DNA of 62,457 nt, taken from NCBI GenBank assembly GCA_022538095.1, contig JAKYXN010000032.1, positions 1 through 62,457 on the forward strand, given 5' to 3'. A program made the translations under genes and the position numbers. Source of the stretch: Puniceicoccaceae bacterium K14 (lineage in GTDB: Bacteria; Verrucomicrobiota; Verrucomicrobiia; Opitutales; Opitutaceae). This document shows positions 60,736 through 62,457 of the stretch, piece after piece (positions within the stretch are counted from its first letter, which is position 1; each line of letters opens with the position of its first letter). The notes below the pieces were generated by a model, which was not told the DNA's origin, made no database searches, and was given only the letters and a program-made list of their open reading frames with translations.

Positions 60736-60954
60736 TTGTGCGAGACTATGCACATGGCAACAAACATTGAACTAAACGAAAATCTCTTATCAAAAGCTAT
60801 GAAACTCGGAGGGATGAGGACCAAAAAGGAAGCGGTCAATCAAGCTCTTTCAGAATATGTCCAACGTAGAGAACAACTTAAGGTACTCGATTTTTTCGGA
60901 ACGGTTGAGCTGGACCCTGACTACGACTACAAAAAACAAAGGAAACTTAAGTGA
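60736..60954 (+). CDS. vapB: Type II antitoxin VapB-like (ribbon-helix/Rv0623-like)
   Basis: ...NIELNENLLSKAMKLGGMRTKKEAVNQALSEYVQRRE... is the TIDLDDELLxxA...T.T.KEAV pattern. Its stop overlaps the vapC GTG (GTGA). Confidence 0.7.
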   Translation: MCETMHMATNIELNENLLSKAMKLGGMRTKKEAVNQALSEYVQRREQLKVLDFFGTVELDPDYDYKKQRKLK

Positions 60955-61361
60955 ACGTACTGGTCGACACAGACGTCTGGTCAGAAGCTCTCAGAAAGAG
61001 AAAAGGAAAAAAATCAGACTACGTCCTTGAATTGGTCGACCTGATTCAAGAGGGACGCCTAGAAATGATCGGACCAATCAGGATGGAGATTCTGTCTGGA
61101 ATTCGAAAAGCTGAGACGTTCGATGCGTTTTCCGACAAGTTAGCTACATTCCCTGACCGACCAATGGACAGCAGTGTATACATTATGGCAGCACGTTTCT
61201 ACAATCTCTGCAGAAGTAAAGGCATTCAAGGTTCCAACACTGATTTTCAGATCTGTGCCTGTGCGGTTCAATGGAGCGTACCAATTCTATCCAAAGACAA
61301 GGACTACGAGCTATACAAGAAACACATACCAATCGATCTAATCAAACCAAGAAAAAGGTGA
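60951..61361 (+). CDS. vapC: PIN-domain toxin VapC
   Basis: VLVDTDVWSEAL... (first PIN acidic residue), ...ICACAVQWSVPILSKDKDY... (C-terminal PIN acidic residues). 136 aa. GTG start. Confidence 0.85.
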   Translation: MNVLVDTDVWSEALRKRKGKKSDYVLELVDLIQEGRLEMIGPIRMEILSGIRKAETFDAFSDKLATFPDRPMDSSVYIMAARFYNLCRSKGIQGSNTDFQICACAVQWSVPILSKDKDYELYKKHIPIDLIKPRKR

Positions 61362-61394
61362 ACCATACGTGGCATACAATTCCGGCAGCTGCAC

Positions 61395-61520
61395 CGACTA
61401 CATCGTACGCATTCGGCGACATGAGAAAACAGCTAATCGGATTGTAATAATATTTCAACGACAAAAACAGAGAAAAAGGATAAACCTGCCGTTGCGTAGC
61501 AGCGCCTGTATCATTGAATG
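61395..61520 (+). repeat. ~130-bp repeat copy B between vapC and the IS3-like element
   Basis: See copy A. Same order of conserved blocks (gcgacatgagaaaa, ttgtaataatattt, ctgccgttgcgtagca). Confidence 0.6.
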
Positions 61521-61605
61521 CGGTGCAGTCGCGATGTTAAAAACAAATACTTGATGCGCCCTGAGAAAAGTGGACATGAGATTCTCTGTAATAGAGGATC
61601 AATAT

Positions 61606-61899
61606 ATGAAGAAGAACAAACGATACAGCGTCGAGTTCAAGAAAGAAGCCGTCCGGCTTATGGTGATAGAGGGTCGTCCGAGCTCCGAACTTGCCGAAGA
61701 GCTGGGGATTCAGTGTAACTTGCTTTATCGCTGGAAGAGCGAGCATGTCGACTCCCTGGAAGCGCAGGCCGAAGCTGGACAACCCAGCCCCAAGAAGATG
61801 GCGGCTGAACTCGAAGAGCTTCGCAAGAAGCTACGCAAGTCCGAGAGGATGAACGAGATTCTAAAAAAGACGGTGGGTTATTTCGCGGAGGAAAAATGA
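61606..61899 (+). CDS. IS3-family transposase OrfA (HTH)
   Basis: MKKNKRYSVEFKKEAVRLM......ELGI....LY.W is the IS3 OrfA consensus. AGAGGA Shine-Dalgarno at 61593. Its stop overlaps the orfB ATG (ATGA). Confidence 0.8.
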   Translation: MKKNKRYSVEFKKEAVRLMVIEGRPSSELAEELGIQCNLLYRWKSEHVDSLEAQAEAGQPSPKKMAAELEELRKKLRKSERMNEILKKTVGYFAEEK

Positions 61900-62210
61900 C
61901 CTATTCATTTATAGAAGAGAACCAGCATCGCTATGACATTTCCGACATGTGCGATGCCTTAGACGTATCCCGGGCGGGATACTACCAGTGGCGCAATCGG
62001 GCGCCGAGCTCCCGTTCGCTCGAGGATGAGGCGATCAAGCAGCGGATAGCTTTTTATCATGATAAATCTCTCGGGAGCTTCGGCTACCGCATGATCCATG
62101 ACTACCTTGGAGACGAGCAAGTGGACTGTGGCCGAGATCGGACATTGCGACCTATGCGAGCGCTAAGTATCGAAAGGTGCTTGATAGTTATGGTATGGTT
62201 CAGAGTATGA
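61896..62210 (+). pseudogene. IS3-family transposase OrfB, truncated (integrase core deleted)
   Basis: The N-terminal 104 codons are open, then a stop. The DDE-motif region is absent. Remnant C-terminus in another frame from ~62174 to the window end. Confidence 0.7.
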
Positions 62211-62457
62211 GCGGCAAGGGCAACTGCTACGATAACGCTGCTATGGAGTCCTTTTACGGACGTTTCAAAAGCTCGTTTATTAGAGGGCGTACATTCTCCG
62301 AGGAAGGAGAGCTAAGGTCCGTTGTATTCAAATACATCGAACCCTTTTATAATCACTTTCGTAAGCATTCCAGTATCGGCTATAAAACTCCGATTCAATT
62401 TGAAGAGGAAATCGCGACCAACCCCCTAGGGGGTTGCAATGAACTAGCATTTAATGC

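Larger units (their letters stand above)
61553..62457 (+). mobile_element. IS3-family insertion sequence remnant (left end + orfA + internally deleted orfB), truncated by the window edge
   Basis: Putative IRL tgatgcgccctgagaaaagtggacatgag (TGA...AGTGGACA as in IS3 IRL). orfA with HTH. orfB N-terminus (...FGYRMIHDYL...CGRDRTLR.MRA) jumps after ~25 codons to the C-terminal ...GKGNCYDNAAMESFYG... in another frame, so ~130 aa including the DD catalytic residues are missing. Confidence 0.75.

Noticed and set aside
61369-61554. 61-aa ORF between vapC and the IS element.
   Set aside because: It lies entirely within repeat copy B and the IS left-end region. It is a frame artefact.
1-62457. CRISPR arrays, rRNA genes, integrase or recombinase genes, complete prophage.
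   Set aside because: No regularly spaced short direct repeats were seen. No rRNA-like conserved blocks. No tyrosine or serine recombinase motifs near the tRNA. Only a decayed IS3 transposase.

Overview
This 62.5-kb window looks like chromosomal DNA from a Gram-negative bacterium. The gene content (a DUF1800/DUF1501 pair with a Tat signal, a DUF1343/NamZ-like gene, two HDOD proteins, weak or absent Shine-Dalgarno sites) suggests a PVC/Verrucomicrobia-like organism, but that is an inference. About 60 protein genes are tightly packed, mostly housekeeping. Recognised genes include an EEP-family lipoprotein, FtsW/RodA, RNase E/G, glycerate kinase, a LysR regulator, glmS, rapA, sthA, glutaredoxin, an RluA-family pseudouridine synthase, a DEDDh exonuclease, a SMUG1-like uracil-DNA glycosylase, msrB, aat, a Bcp-type peroxiredoxin, vsr, the panB-panC-coaX-panD operon, murA, gntK, an SSS symporter and an SPFH protein. 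Chemosensory accessory genes are scattered through the window (cheV, a CheX-like gene, DUF1835, two HDOD genes, an Hpt gene). A 1.26-kb gene-poor gap at 53.46–54.73 kb holds a tRNA with an abnormal anticodon loop next to a tRNA 3'-half remnant. After it comes an accessory-like tail: a TetR / SRPBCC+GyrI-like / MFS cassette, an HxlR regulator, an alpha/beta hydrolase, a vapBC toxin-antitoxin pair flanked by ~130-bp direct repeats, and an IS3-family remnant whose orfB is internally deleted. The candidates for undescribed biology are: (1) a LysR-adjacent locus with two tandem paralogous small membrane proteins that share an ...MPRRQPRGSI C-terminal motif, followed by an HExxH (SprA-related-like) protein and a Zn-ribbon membrane protein; (2) an rtcB broken by a frameshift in a T7 run, co-oriented with an unrecognisable 301-aa protein and an unusual SPFH protein; (3) a 702-aa fusion of a ferritin-like DUF455 domain with an ATP-grasp-like domain next to murA; (4) an orphan vsr preceded by a small acidic ORF. 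All family names are assigned from sequence motifs read by eye, with no database search. No CRISPR array, rRNA or intact prophage was seen.
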